Part shown: piece by piece, positions 1 to 8,675 of the stretch
How positions within the stretch are numbered: position 1 is the stretch's first letter
How the letters are laid out: every line of letters begins with the position of its first letter
IMG/VR virus record: IMGVR_UViG_3300028608_000012
Location: 1-64,000 of that record
Source: a virus
DNA: 64,000 nt
Strand: one strand, 5' to 3'
Program-made: the position numbers and the translations under genes
The notes under the pieces: model-generated
Told to the model about the DNA's origin: nothing
Databases searched by the model: none
The model's input: the letters and a program-made list of their open reading frames with translations, nothing else

Positions 1-4
1 TACC

Positions 5-976
5 TCATGTGTACACGATGTCGGTTACCACTAGCTGGTTTAGTAGACTAGTTTCTAGCTGTACTTCGGTCCGTTTAATTTTCAGTACCTGACTTGGGTA
101 CGTGACGTCGGTAACGACTGCTGGTTCATGAATGACGACCGTTGTAGTAGTCCCACGGTACTTGGCCAGCCCTACACTCTGGATGACGTCAGTGATTGAT
201 GCGGGTTGTAGCGGATCAAGCTGCGCTGCCAAATCGATATACGGCAACAGCGGTAGTTCGTTCCCAGGAATCAACTCAAGTACGGGAAGCCAATAGTTAA
301 GCTCCGTCTTAGGTGAGGAATACGTATACGTGTTATCGACGTGTTGTGCGTATGACGGGCCGGCGACGTAGGTACGTTGTGTAGGAACCTTTCGGCCACC
401 CCAAGCAAAGGAGCTAGCGGAGAAGATACCCCACTTAGGCCCGCTGTAAGCAGCAGGTGCACCTTGTACCAACGCGTAGATCAACTGTACGAATTCAGAA
501 CTGGCGATGTTGGCGCCAGCACCGGTCAACAATTGCTGCGAACCAGAACTGGTAGGATCTGGGTTTGAATCGGCGGCAAACAAACGAACTTTTAGAACAT
601 CGGTTCCGACGTTCATGATTTTAAACTGATTCGTCGGAGTAGCGGTTGGATAGTTACCATTACTGTCCACACCGTAAACTAGACCGGCGTTGTACAACTG
701 GTTCCAGTTGAGGTTGTAAGCAAGGGTGTTGGTCGGAAAATAAAGGACCTTGCCTTTGTAGAACATCTTTACCCAGGTGAAAGCAGCACCCTCATCGCTC
801 CCGTTAAAGAAGTTAAACAAACTTCTTAGTTTTCCTAAGGTGACAAGTTCAGCCTGGGTAAGTGTTCCGAAGTAACCTAATTGTTCGTTGCCGTAAAGAA
901 GGTTCTTCGAGCCAGGACCAGAGTCAGGGAAATTTGTCTGTCCTCTTGAACCTATCCCCACGAGTGCTTCAAACAT
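5..976 (-). CDS. Virion structural protein, jumbo-phage tail/baseplate paralogue family (phiKZ gp131-135-like)
   Basis: 323 aa; GYFG, W..F.KGK..YFP, W.QLY.AGLVYG and W.PVLEL motifs; GGAG RBS upstream; lies next to the fibre gene. Confidence 0.55.
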   Translation of the reverse strand: MFEALVGIGSRGQTNFPDSGPGSKNLLYGNEQLGYFGTLTQAELVTLGKLRSLFNFFNGSDEGAAFTWVKMFYKGKVLYFPTNTLAYNLNWNQLYNAGLVYGVDSNGNYPTATPTNQFKIMNVGTDVLKVRLFAADSNPDPTSSGSQQLLTGAGANIASSEFVQLIYALVQGAPAAYSGPKWGIFSASSFAWGGRKVPTQRTYVAGPSYAQHVDNTYTYSSPKTELNYWLPVLELIPGNELPLLPYIDLAAQLDPLQPASITDVIQSVGLAKYRGTTTTVVIHEPAVVTDVTYPSQVLKIKRTEVQLETSLLNQLVVTDIVYT

Positions 977-1044
977 AACGCAACTCCTTTAAATAAGCAC
1001 ACAGGAAACCTCCCCGTGAAGGAGAGGCTCCATGTGCTCAAGGG

Positions 1045-4000
1045 TTAAGGCACTACTGCACCAGCTGCACCCACCCACTCAACACCATCCCAGGTGAACG
1101 TGAGGTAAGTACGGCTGCCAGTCAAGGCCGGAGGAGAACCAGTATTCCAAACCAATGCGGTTGCACCAGTAGGAGCGAAGGTAATCACACCAGCAGCACC
1201 GTTGACTTTCACTACCAGAACCAGCGCACGAGCGCCGATTGGACCACCGGTTTTCGGGCCGTCTGCCAGCGTAATGGTTTTAGCAGTTGCACCACTGTTG
1301 TCGATCCGGCAGAACAGGTTAACGTTCGGATCGATACCACCAGTTGCAGACAGAGCCAGAATCGGCACGTCGTAACGGTCGAAGGAAGTCCAGCCAGTGC
1401 CTTTGTAGACGTATTGCTTACCGTCGTTCGCAGGCGCCGCGATACCCGCCGCAGGAGGTGTGTACAGCGACCAAGTGTGGTCACCTTTACGAAGGTACAG
1501 GTTGCTGTCCGTTGGGACGTCGGCGAAGCCAGGTACGAACGCAGTGATCTGCGCCTGGATTTTACCGAAGGCCGTGAGGACAGTATCCGCGGCAGTGATA
1601 GCACCACCAGTACCGAAGGAAACGCCCGCCAGCGTAGTCGCACGTACACGAGCAACTGTGTGGTAGAGGTTAGTGGTACCCTCTGCAACAGCGTCCGTGG
1701 TACCAGGCGAAGCCACCAGACCGATATACACGCTACCCGTCCAGCGGAACTGCGCGTTGGTCGCGAGGGAAATGTAGATCTTCCCTGTTTCACCAGTCGC
1801 CGGGAAGGCCGCTTGGTTAGCGAATTCCAACACGTCATCGACGTAGCTAGGTAGTTGGCCTGCTGGGACTTTACCAGCTACCAGTGTCGCAACCGAAACA
1901 CCCAGCTCAGTAACGGCCACACCACCGAGGCTTGTCAGCGTAGGCGGCGTGTACTGGAACCAAGTGTGGTCACCTTTACGCATGTAGGTGTTGCTGTCGG
2001 TAGGAACATCGACAACGTAAGCCGGAAGCTCAACCCACTCACCGATTGTGTCACCAGCCTTCAACTGACGAGCATACAGCTTACCGTTAACCAGCGACGG
2101 AACTTCATCGACTGGCAATGGGATCCACTGAGTACCGTAACGCACAACCTTGCCTTGACCGAGGAATGGAGAGTTAACATCACCCGCCACCAACTCACCC
2201 CAGAAGACCCAGCCTTGGTCAGCGGTTTTGTAGTAGACTTTGAACGTTTCGGAAACCGCCCAGTCACCCACGTTACCGGTGAACCCCACTTCTGGCACAT
2301 CAGTACCCACAGGCAGTTTCAACCAGCGGCTACCAACCAGACCACGAGGACCCGGGATACCTTGGATACCTTGAGGACCAGGGATACCCTGGATACCTTG
2401 AGGACCACGGATGAGGCCGATGTCGATCCACTGACCACCACCAGCGGTAGTCCAGATTGCCAGGTTGTTACCAACCAAGTAACCGTCACCCAACGCACCC
2501 GTAGGGTGAGCTGCTTGCAGTGCCGCCAGAGTGGCATACGAACCGAGGATGGAGATCGACTTACCGGCAGGACCCTCGTTACCCTGAGGGCCTTGGATAC
2601 CTTGCATGCCGTTGATGTCGAACGGACCTGTCCACTCGCCGTCAGTCAAGACATACAGCATCTTGTCATCTTCGGTGAACCAGCCGTCGCCATCTTCAGC
2701 AGTCGCTTTGGCAGGGAGTGCTGTTACGGTAGCTACGGTACCACGAAGCGAGAGACCCGTACCGGCTTCACCTTTGTCGCCTGCCGCACCAACCTTACCA
2801 CCCAGCACCCAAGAACCAGCGATGCAGAAGTAGATGTTGCCATCCATGTCAACGTAAGCTTTACCGTTGTTACCGGCAACCGACGGGACGTTCGGATCGA
2901 GGATAGTGAGGACCTTGATGATTTCGACGGAACTACCGTCTTTACCATCAGTACCGTTGGTACCATTGATACCATCAGTACCTTTGAAGGTACCCATGTC
3001 TTTCCAGGCGCCAGCAATGCGTGCGTACAGCTTGTTGACATCCCGCACTGCATAGACCGACTTGTCGGCTGGAGCGAGTGGCAGTGCGCTGTAGGTGTTT
3101 ACAACGTCGGTGATAACCATGTTGAGGCCATCAGCGCCGTCTTCACCGTCTACGCCGTCAGCACCCTTCAGAGAGGCAACGAACTGGGCTTCAGTACCAA
3201 CGTTACCCACGTCCAACCAGCTCTGGTAAGCAGACTTACCGTCCACACCGTCTGGACCGCGAACTGGACCCGCGTCGATCCACGAACCACCGCTTGCAGT
3301 GCTCCAGATAGCGACGTTCGAGCCGATCAGGTAAGCGTCACCCAATGTACCGGTAGGATGAGCCGCTTGCAGCGCACCCAGGTTGGCGTAGCTACCCATG
3401 AGCGAGAACGAGTGGCCCGCAGGACCTTCAGGCCCTTCTTCACCCTGCTCACCTTTAAAGGTACCCAGGTTGTTCCACTGGCCGTTCGTCCAGAGCTGGA
3501 TGGTGTTGGTGTCACGAACACCGTAAGCGTCCTGATCAGCTGGGGAAGCTGGCAGAGCCGACTGAGTCGCCACAGCACCTTTAATGACCAGGTTGGTTGC
3601 TTTGAGGGAAGCCAGGAACTGAGCCTGAGAACCGACGTTGCCCGCTGCCAACCAAACTTGGTAAGCACTGAGACCCGCCAGGCCGTTGGTACCGTTGATG
3701 CCGTTGGTACCGTTAGCACCACGGAAAGTACCGAGGTCAACCCATCCCGTGCTTGCCAGCACGTATACCCACAGGTGACCGGTGTCGAGAGTGACGTAGG
3801 CCGCTTGGTCAACCAGTGGTTTACCCGCCAGACCCGATTGGTCAGCCACAGTGCCGAGAACCTGGAGGTTCTTACCGGAAGGACCGGTCTCACCTTGAAT
3901 ACCCTGAATACCTTGGTCGCCCTTGATCTTCATGGCAGTCAGGAAGGCAGCCGTACCGCCAGTACCACCAGCATCGACCCAAGTCTGATAAACAGACTTA

Positions 4001-4971
4001 CCGGACAGGCTCGCGATCCACTGGGACTGAGTACCGCTGTAACCGCCGAGAACAGCCAGGTCGTAGGCGCTCTGACCACCCATACCCGGCAGGGCCAGGT
4101 AATCGCCATCAACCCAGACGTACAGGGTGGTGCCAACAAACCAGGCGTCCGCTTCATTACCAGGACGAGGCAGTGTGCCAACGTTGGCTTTGATACCTGC
4201 TACGGTGAACGCAACCGCAGGAGCGCCAGTTTCACCTTGGATACCTTGGATACCCTGATCACCTTTGATTTTCATCGCAGTGATGAAAGCATCTTCGTTG
4301 CCGATGCCGCCACGGTCCTTCCAGATCTGGTACGCCGATTTACCTACCAGGCTGCCGAGCCAGGCATAAACATCACCTGCAAAGCCGTTGTCCTGAGCAA
4401 TCTTGAAAGCGTCTTTACCTTTCAGCGTTTCCAGCCACTGAGTGTCGGTACCAGTGAAACCGGCTTCCACCGCTACTTCATAAGCGGTTTTACCTTCGGC
4501 ACCCGGGATACCGATCTTGACCCAGTTATCAGGCTGAGGCAGGAGCAGGAAGATGTCGTGCTGCCAGACGTAAGCGTCGCCGATTTCGTTCAGCGATGGA
4601 TCAGGCAGCTGTTGGTTGTCAGGCCATACACCGAGGAAGGTGATACCGCGTTGGCCAGCCAGGTCGCCAGAGTCAGCCCAACCGCTACCGTTCCAGACGC
4701 GCAGGTGGTTTTCGACGAAGTAACCGGTACCCACCATCATGTCGGTGGTGTCGATTTCGTACAGCTCGTCTTCGGTCGTCAGCGTGCCGATAACCTTGAT
4801 GCCCTGAGCGCTCAGTTCTTCAACCAGGTCTTTCAGGTAACGAGTACGGTTAGCCAGCAGGATTGCTGCACGGTTGTCCGGACCATCAGGACCGCCACGG
4901 ACTGGTTCCCCAACCTCAATGAGGGGGATGTCTTCCGGAAATTCACTTACTTCTGTGATGTTGGTAGGCAT
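1045..4971 (-). CDS. Long collagen-like tail fibre with foldon-like motifs
   Basis: 1308 aa; N-terminal GGPDGPDNRAAILLANRTRYLK fibre-anchor motif, many Gly-X-Y runs, repeated GKSAYQ-type modules, P-x-D-G/S-x-x-Y-x-x-K-x-x-x-W motifs near the C-terminus. Confidence 0.85.
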   Translation of the reverse strand: MPTNITEVSEFPEDIPLIEVGEPVRGGPDGPDNRAAILLANRTRYLKDLVEELSAQGIKVIGTLTTEDELYEIDTTDMMVGTGYFVENHLRVWNGSGWADSGDLAGQRGITFLGVWPDNQQLPDPSLNEIGDAYVWQHDIFLLLPQPDNWVKIGIPGAEGKTAYEVAVEAGFTGTDTQWLETLKGKDAFKIAQDNGFAGDVYAWLGSLVGKSAYQIWKDRGGIGNEDAFITAMKIKGDQGIQGIQGETGAPAVAFTVAGIKANVGTLPRPGNEADAWFVGTTLYVWVDGDYLALPGMGGQSAYDLAVLGGYSGTQSQWIASLSGKSVYQTWVDAGGTGGTAAFLTAMKIKGDQGIQGIQGETGPSGKNLQVLGTVADQSGLAGKPLVDQAAYVTLDTGHLWVYVLASTGWVDLGTFRGANGTNGINGTNGLAGLSAYQVWLAAGNVGSQAQFLASLKATNLVIKGAVATQSALPASPADQDAYGVRDTNTIQLWTNGQWNNLGTFKGEQGEEGPEGPAGHSFSLMGSYANLGALQAAHPTGTLGDAYLIGSNVAIWSTASGGSWIDAGPVRGPDGVDGKSAYQSWLDVGNVGTEAQFVASLKGADGVDGEDGADGLNMVITDVVNTYSALPLAPADKSVYAVRDVNKLYARIAGAWKDMGTFKGTDGINGTNGTDGKDGSSVEIIKVLTILDPNVPSVAGNNGKAYVDMDGNIYFCIAGSWVLGGKVGAAGDKGEAGTGLSLRGTVATVTALPAKATAEDGDGWFTEDDKMLYVLTDGEWTGPFDINGMQGIQGPQGNEGPAGKSISILGSYATLAALQAAHPTGALGDGYLVGNNLAIWTTAGGGQWIDIGLIRGPQGIQGIPGPQGIQGIPGPRGLVGSRWLKLPVGTDVPEVGFTGNVGDWAVSETFKVYYKTADQGWVFWGELVAGDVNSPFLGQGKVVRYGTQWIPLPVDEVPSLVNGKLYARQLKAGDTIGEWVELPAYVVDVPTDSNTYMRKGDHTWFQYTPPTLTSLGGVAVTELGVSVATLVAGKVPAGQLPSYVDDVLEFANQAAFPATGETGKIYISLATNAQFRWTGSVYIGLVASPGTTDAVAEGTTNLYHTVARVRATTLAGVSFGTGGAITAADTVLTAFGKIQAQITAFVPGFADVPTDSNLYLRKGDHTWSLYTPPAAGIAAPANDGKQYVYKGTGWTSFDRYDVPILALSATGGIDPNVNLFCRIDNSGATAKTITLADGPKTGGPIGARALVLVVKVNGAAGVITFAPTGATALVWNTGSPPALTGSRTYLTFTWDGVEWVGAAGAVVP

Positions 4972-5014
4972 AACTCTTCCCTTTAGGAATTAACCCTTAA
5001 AAATGTGACGTCAT

Positions 5015-5587
5015 TTACTGGTAAGTAAGTGTACCGTCGTGGAGGTATGTGCCGTCGTGGATCGGGTCAGCCATTTCAACAACGGTCAACGTACCTACAA
5101 CGGTGTGTGAGTCGATAGTCACGGTAGTCACACCAGCATTAATGCCGATCTCCGCATCGACCAGGTTGTACAGACAACCGGCTTTAACGAGGGCACGTAC
5201 CTTTGCCGCCGTCTTCTGTCCCTGGGGTACCAGTACTGCTCCTGTGTTGCTACCACCCTCTCCTGACAAGAGGTAAATGCCCTGTGTGCTTTGTATTTGT
5301 AGATTCGCCAGGGTGAGCGGATCAGGGTCAATCAGTGTGGAGACCTCATTGACAATGTAGTCTGCGGGGGTGTACTTCTGGTCAACCCCAACAAACTGGT
5401 TAGGTGAATCCACGTCCACCAAATAACTGGTGGTACCGGCATTAACCGACTTGCGAAAATTCGTGAAGAGGGCGGTACCGAGCGTCAGGGAGCCCAGCAC
5501 GTTTACGAAGTCAGGTTCATCCTTATATCGATCCTGGTTATAAGCAATGAACCTGTCCAAAAACAGTTGTTCGTTTGGAAAGGCCAT
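5015..5587 (-). CDS. Putative fibre adaptor/attachment protein
   Basis: About 190 aa (ATG 5587; alternative GTG 5599); ends HDGTYLHDGTLTY; directly upstream of the fibre gene. Confidence 0.55.
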   Translation of the reverse strand: MAFPNEQLFLDRFIAYNQDRYKDEPDFVNVLGSLTLGTALFTNFRKSVNAGTTSYLVDVDSPNQFVGVDQKYTPADYIVNEVSTLIDPDPLTLANLQIQSTQGIYLLSGEGGSNTGAVLVPQGQKTAAKVRALVKAGCLYNLVDAEIGINAGVTTVTIDSHTVVGTLTVVEMADPIHDGTYLHDGTLTYQ

Positions 5588-5669
5588 ATTAAGTTCCACT
5601 GTGGCGTCAAGGGGTGGTAGATCATAAAATCAATAAATAAGATAGCACTGATACTTTCATTTATAATTA

Positions 5670-5690
5670 AACTCAAACCTACATTATCTA
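5670..5690 (+). promoter_or_regulatory. Probable early promoter variant (AAACC-TACATTAT)
   Basis: Resembles AAACC-TATATTAC at 25212-25224; AT-rich; precedes the early-type gene cluster. Confidence 0.5.
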
Positions 5691-5734
5691 CTTGTGAACC
5701 CACGTAATTTACTTTTTGTCGCAAGGAATCTATC

Positions 5735-6358
5735 ATGAATAAACCGCCAGTAGAACCACGCTTCGAATGCACCAACTTGCACACCGGTGAAAAGCATCAT
5801 CTCACTCAAGATGAGGTGGGGGAACTTCTGGAAACGGGTGTTGCACCTACGCCCACCATTATCCCTACTCCTGAATCTCGGGAGCGCGTTGTAACTGCCG
5901 ATACTGAAACAGCGAACCGGCTGTGTGTCCCCGTCATCCGTGCTGATAAGGATGGAAACGAGATCAACTACGGCCGACTGGCAGTTGGTCATCTGAACGG
6001 CATTCCCTTTGTTGCTCAGGTAGAGAAGCTGATCAGCATGGGGCTTCCTTGTATCTACGTCCAGCGTATTCCGAAGTTTGTCGATGACATCAAACTCGAA
6101 GTGCGGTGGAAGGATGAGTCGGCACCAGGCGGTCATCCTCGTTCAGGGGAACGTGAAGCCACGATCTACGCGTTGGAGAAGGAAGACCTCGCTCCATTGG
6201 GGTTAGCTTTGTCCAAGAACGATTGCACTGTGATGGCGTATCACAGAGGCTGTTATCTGCAAGTCTGGGAGAACGGCAAGGCAGCCAGTGATCGCAAAAC
6301 GATCGACAAGTTCTATCCAGGCATGACTCCAGAAGAAATTGAACACTCCAAGTTCTGA
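5735..6358 (+). CDS. Hypothetical early protein, paralogue of 8676-9101
   Basis: 207 aa; AAGGA RBS; ends FYPGMTPEEIEHSKF. Confidence 0.8.
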   Translation: MNKPPVEPRFECTNLHTGEKHHLTQDEVGELLETGVAPTPTIIPTPESRERVVTADTETANRLCVPVIRADKDGNEINYGRLAVGHLNGIPFVAQVEKLISMGLPCIYVQRIPKFVDDIKLEVRWKDESAPGGHPRSGEREATIYALEKEDLAPLGLALSKNDCTVMAYHRGCYLQVWENGKAASDRKTIDKFYPGMTPEEIEHSKF

Positions 6359-6368
6359 GGAGTGGGGC

Positions 6369-6476
6369 ATGGGCAGTATACGTAACAAACAAGCGTTGAT
6401 CATCTTTCTGATTCAAACGCTGGGACCTTTCGTTGCTATTGGTGTGGCAATTCTGATAGCACCTTACGTTAGATAG
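6369..6476 (+). CDS. Small single-pass membrane peptide (35 aa), absent from the ORF track
   Basis: GAGGAG RBS; MGSIRNKQALIIFLIQTLGPFVAIGVAILIAPYVR; fills the gap between neighbouring genes. Confidence 0.6.
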   Translation: MGSIRNKQALIIFLIQTLGPFVAIGVAILIAPYVR

Positions 6477-6487
6477 GGGGATCTGCG

Positions 6488-6754
6488 ATGGATAACGATC
6501 AAGCGGTTGATAAAGTCTTTCTAGGCCTTGCTAAGCTTAACGGGGGGTTGTTCATCGCAGATCAGGATGTTCTGATCAGGCTGAGGATAAACTTCAGACC
6601 TTATCAAAGTGAGCACGAATATAAACGCTTTGCTGTGCCGACTGTTTATGCCATGACTCGAGGGTGCGAGAAATTGTTGGTGGCTTACTTCACCAAGCAC
6701 CGAATTGAAGCGAGGGTCATGCTGGAATACAAGGCACGCAAGAAACCTATTTAG
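6488..6754 (+). CDS. Hypothetical protein
   Basis: 88 aa; GGGGGA RBS; packed in the operon. Confidence 0.7.
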   Translation: MDNDQAVDKVFLGLAKLNGGLFIADQDVLIRLRINFRPYQSEHEYKRFAVPTVYAMTRGCEKLLVAYFTKHRIEARVMLEYKARKKPI

Positions 6755-6763
6755 GGAGGACTT

Positions 6764-7060
6764 ATGGGCGAAGTTGTATACATGCAGGCGTGGAAGGCAC
6801 GGCGTCTCTTGGAACAAGTAACAGGAGAGGATTGGAGTCGCGGTACTCCCATCCCTACCATTTCGAGTTGGGTTATCCCAATGTCGTTCAGTACGGATCA
6901 GTTGTTAATCCTTAAACTGGAAGGGATGGTAAAGACACAAAAGGAAATCTTGCACACCAGCCGTCACGTGCATGTGCGAGAAGAAGCCGCAATAAAAATC
7001 GGTGAGCTAAAGATACAGCTAGCTCGTCTCAGAAATAAATTGGAGAACAAAGATGGATGA
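6764..7060 (+). CDS. Hypothetical protein
   Basis: 98 aa; GGAGGA RBS; C-terminal coiled-coil tendency. Confidence 0.75.
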   Translation: MGEVVYMQAWKARRLLEQVTGEDWSRGTPIPTISSWVIPMSFSTDQLLILKLEGMVKTQKEILHTSRHVHVREEAAIKIGELKIQLARLRNKLENKDG

Positions 7061-7703
7061 GAAAAAAGTGGTGACAATAAAGGCCGATGTATTCGAGACC
7101 AACAGTGATATCGAGGTCGGGCCACACTTCAACCACGTGGCTAAGGTTTCGTTAGTGTTGCCTGGCCATGAGCTTGACTACAATCTCTTCGTTGTTTTCC
7201 TCAGTCACGAAGGTCCCGGTAAAGGTCGTATGTTTGTTCACCAGGACGAGGCCCGTAAGCTATTCAGGGCGGTCCAAAGTAACCTCGCTGCCTGGGAAGA
7301 CAAAGCGATCAATGGCAAGAGTGTTGCTGAACTGAACACTTGGATCGAGTCGATGACGCCCGAGCAGTTAATCGAAACGTTCCGTCCGGAAGTGGTAGAC
7401 AAGTACGTCGTCTCCTTGGATATCGCCGGCGTCCAAGTGGTAAACACCAATGGCGGATTCAAGCTGTTGGAGTTGTTAGGCGCCAATGAAACAGGTGTAC
7501 GGTTTATCGGCAATGAAGATCCTTTCTTCACTGTTGTTGTTTACTTGCACGATCACAGTAACGAAGAAGCGGTGTACCTGCGTATTAAGGACAAGAACGG
7601 CATTGTTCCGGTAATGGAGAAGTTGAAAGATCTCTGGATCGATGTACGTCTTGAGGTAACTAGCACCGAACAGCTTCTGGAGCTGTTGGGCGACGAATCG
7701 TAA
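7053..7703 (+). CDS. Hypothetical protein
   Basis: 216 aa; GGAG RBS; overlaps the previous stop. Confidence 0.8.
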   Translation: MDEKKVVTIKADVFETNSDIEVGPHFNHVAKVSLVLPGHELDYNLFVVFLSHEGPGKGRMFVHQDEARKLFRAVQSNLAAWEDKAINGKSVAELNTWIESMTPEQLIETFRPEVVDKYVVSLDIAGVQVVNTNGGFKLLELLGANETGVRFIGNEDPFFTVVVYLHDHSNEEAVYLRIKDKNGIVPVMEKLKDLWIDVRLEVTSTEQLLELLGDES

Positions 7704-7711
7704 CAGGGAGC

Positions 7712-7930
7712 ATGACTGTGGAAAATGATGAACAAGTAAAGCCGCCTATAGTCTTCAGGGCCTCGTGCAGTTGGAGTGGCTTTGTGGCCTGCCTTCTCTT
7801 CCTGGTAGTGTGGGTAGCGGGATGGGTGCTGGCTAAGGGGTTTTGGTGGACGTTTGTTTCCGTCTTCTTCTTCCCTTACAGCTGGTACCTTGTGGTACAG
7901 AAGGTCATGATCGCTTACGGTTTGGCATAA
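7712..7930 (+). CDS. Small membrane protein (about 2 TM)
   Basis: 72 aa; Trp/Phe-rich hydrophobic segments; GGGAG RBS. Confidence 0.75.
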   Translation: MTVENDEQVKPPIVFRASCSWSGFVACLLFLVVWVAGWVLAKGFWWTFVSVFFFPYSWYLVVQKVMIAYGLA

Positions 7931-7945
7931 GCAAGGGGACTAACG

Positions 7946-8215
7946 ATGGACGAATTGTTTGGCAACATCGAACTGGTAACAGAAGGACTGACTCCAGAGA
8001 GCAAGAAAAAGATTGAGGATCTGGCGCATGTCCGCAGCAACATGGACAGTCTCTGCTGCAACATGCTGATGGCTTTGGTGAACTCTGACGGAGGTGGTGA
8101 TACCGGCGAGTTTGAGGAGCTGGAGAAAGCGTTCGTGCTGTTGGGCAAAGATCTCGAAGAACTGCGTGAAACTCTCTTCAGTAAGAAAGGGGGTAGTCCT
8201 TACGGTTGTTCCTAA
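7946..8215 (+). CDS. Hypothetical protein (possibly frameshift-linked to the next ORF)
   Basis: 89 aa; AGGGGA RBS. Confidence 0.7.
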   Translation: MDELFGNIELVTEGLTPESKKKIEDLAHVRSNMDSLCCNMLMALVNSDGGGDTGEFEELEKAFVLLGKDLEELRETLFSKKGGSPYGCS

Positions 8216-8552
8216 GGAAGGGTTTGCTGTAAAAGAACCTACCCCTCCGGTAATTGTTAAAGAAGTGAAACGGATTGGTGACAACGTAATGGTTAACGCA
8301 CTCGCACGTAATCCTGTCGCTATCCGTGGTAACAAGGAACTGAAAACCTGGATCATGCAAAACCGAAAGTTCCACGATCAATTTGCAGGGGCACCAGGTG
8401 TTGAGCTGTACCCGGAGAAGAAACATCCATCAGACCCAGACCCTGTATTTGAAGGATTGCTTGGCTACCTGGCCGGTGTTCCTGTCTGGATTCTCCCGGT
8501 AAGCGAGAAGCTCGATCAGTTTTATATTCAGTTTGAGTACAACAAAAAGTAA
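8094..8552 (+). CDS. Hypothetical protein, start uncertain
   Basis: Open frame ending just before a terminator; no well-placed RBS at GTG 8094 or ATG 8289. Confidence 0.5.
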   Translation: MVIPASLRSWRKRSCCWAKISKNCVKLSSVRKGVVLTVVPKEGFAVKEPTPPVIVKEVKRIGDNVMVNALARNPVAIRGNKELKTWIMQNRKFHDQFAGAPGVELYPEKKHPSDPDPVFEGLLGYLAGVPVWILPVSEKLDQFYIQFEYNKK

Positions 8553-8567
8553 TTGGCTGCGCTGGTC

Positions 8568-8599
8568 CCCCTACCCCTTTATGGGGTAGGGGTTTATTT
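8568..8599 (+). terminator. Intrinsic terminator
   Basis: CCCCTACCCC-tttat-GGGGTAGGGG followed by TTTATTT. Confidence 0.75.
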
Positions 8600-8660
8600 A
8601 AGATACATTGTTTTTTGGGCCTATATTACCAGTGTGATTAAGACAATAAAGTCTTTCACA
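8596..8660 (+). promoter_or_regulatory. Early promoter cassette copy 1 (TATATTAC at 8622-8629)
   Basis: phiKZ-type early promoter motif; 57/65 nt identical to 53680-53744. Confidence 0.8.
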
Positions 8661-8675
8661 TCTTGGAGATCTACC

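Noticed and set aside
2340-2410. Tandem repeats as a possible CRISPR-like array
   Set aside because: They are in-frame collagen coding repeats with no unique spacers
1855-4986. 1043-aa ORF antisense to the tail fibre
   Set aside because: Mirror frame of a strongly codon-biased gene; no RBS and implausible composition
8553-8675. N-terminal extensions given by the ORF track (8553, 20799, 25812, 48163, 54681, 55477)
   Set aside because: They run through terminators, promoters or neighbouring genes; downstream ATGs have better RBS support
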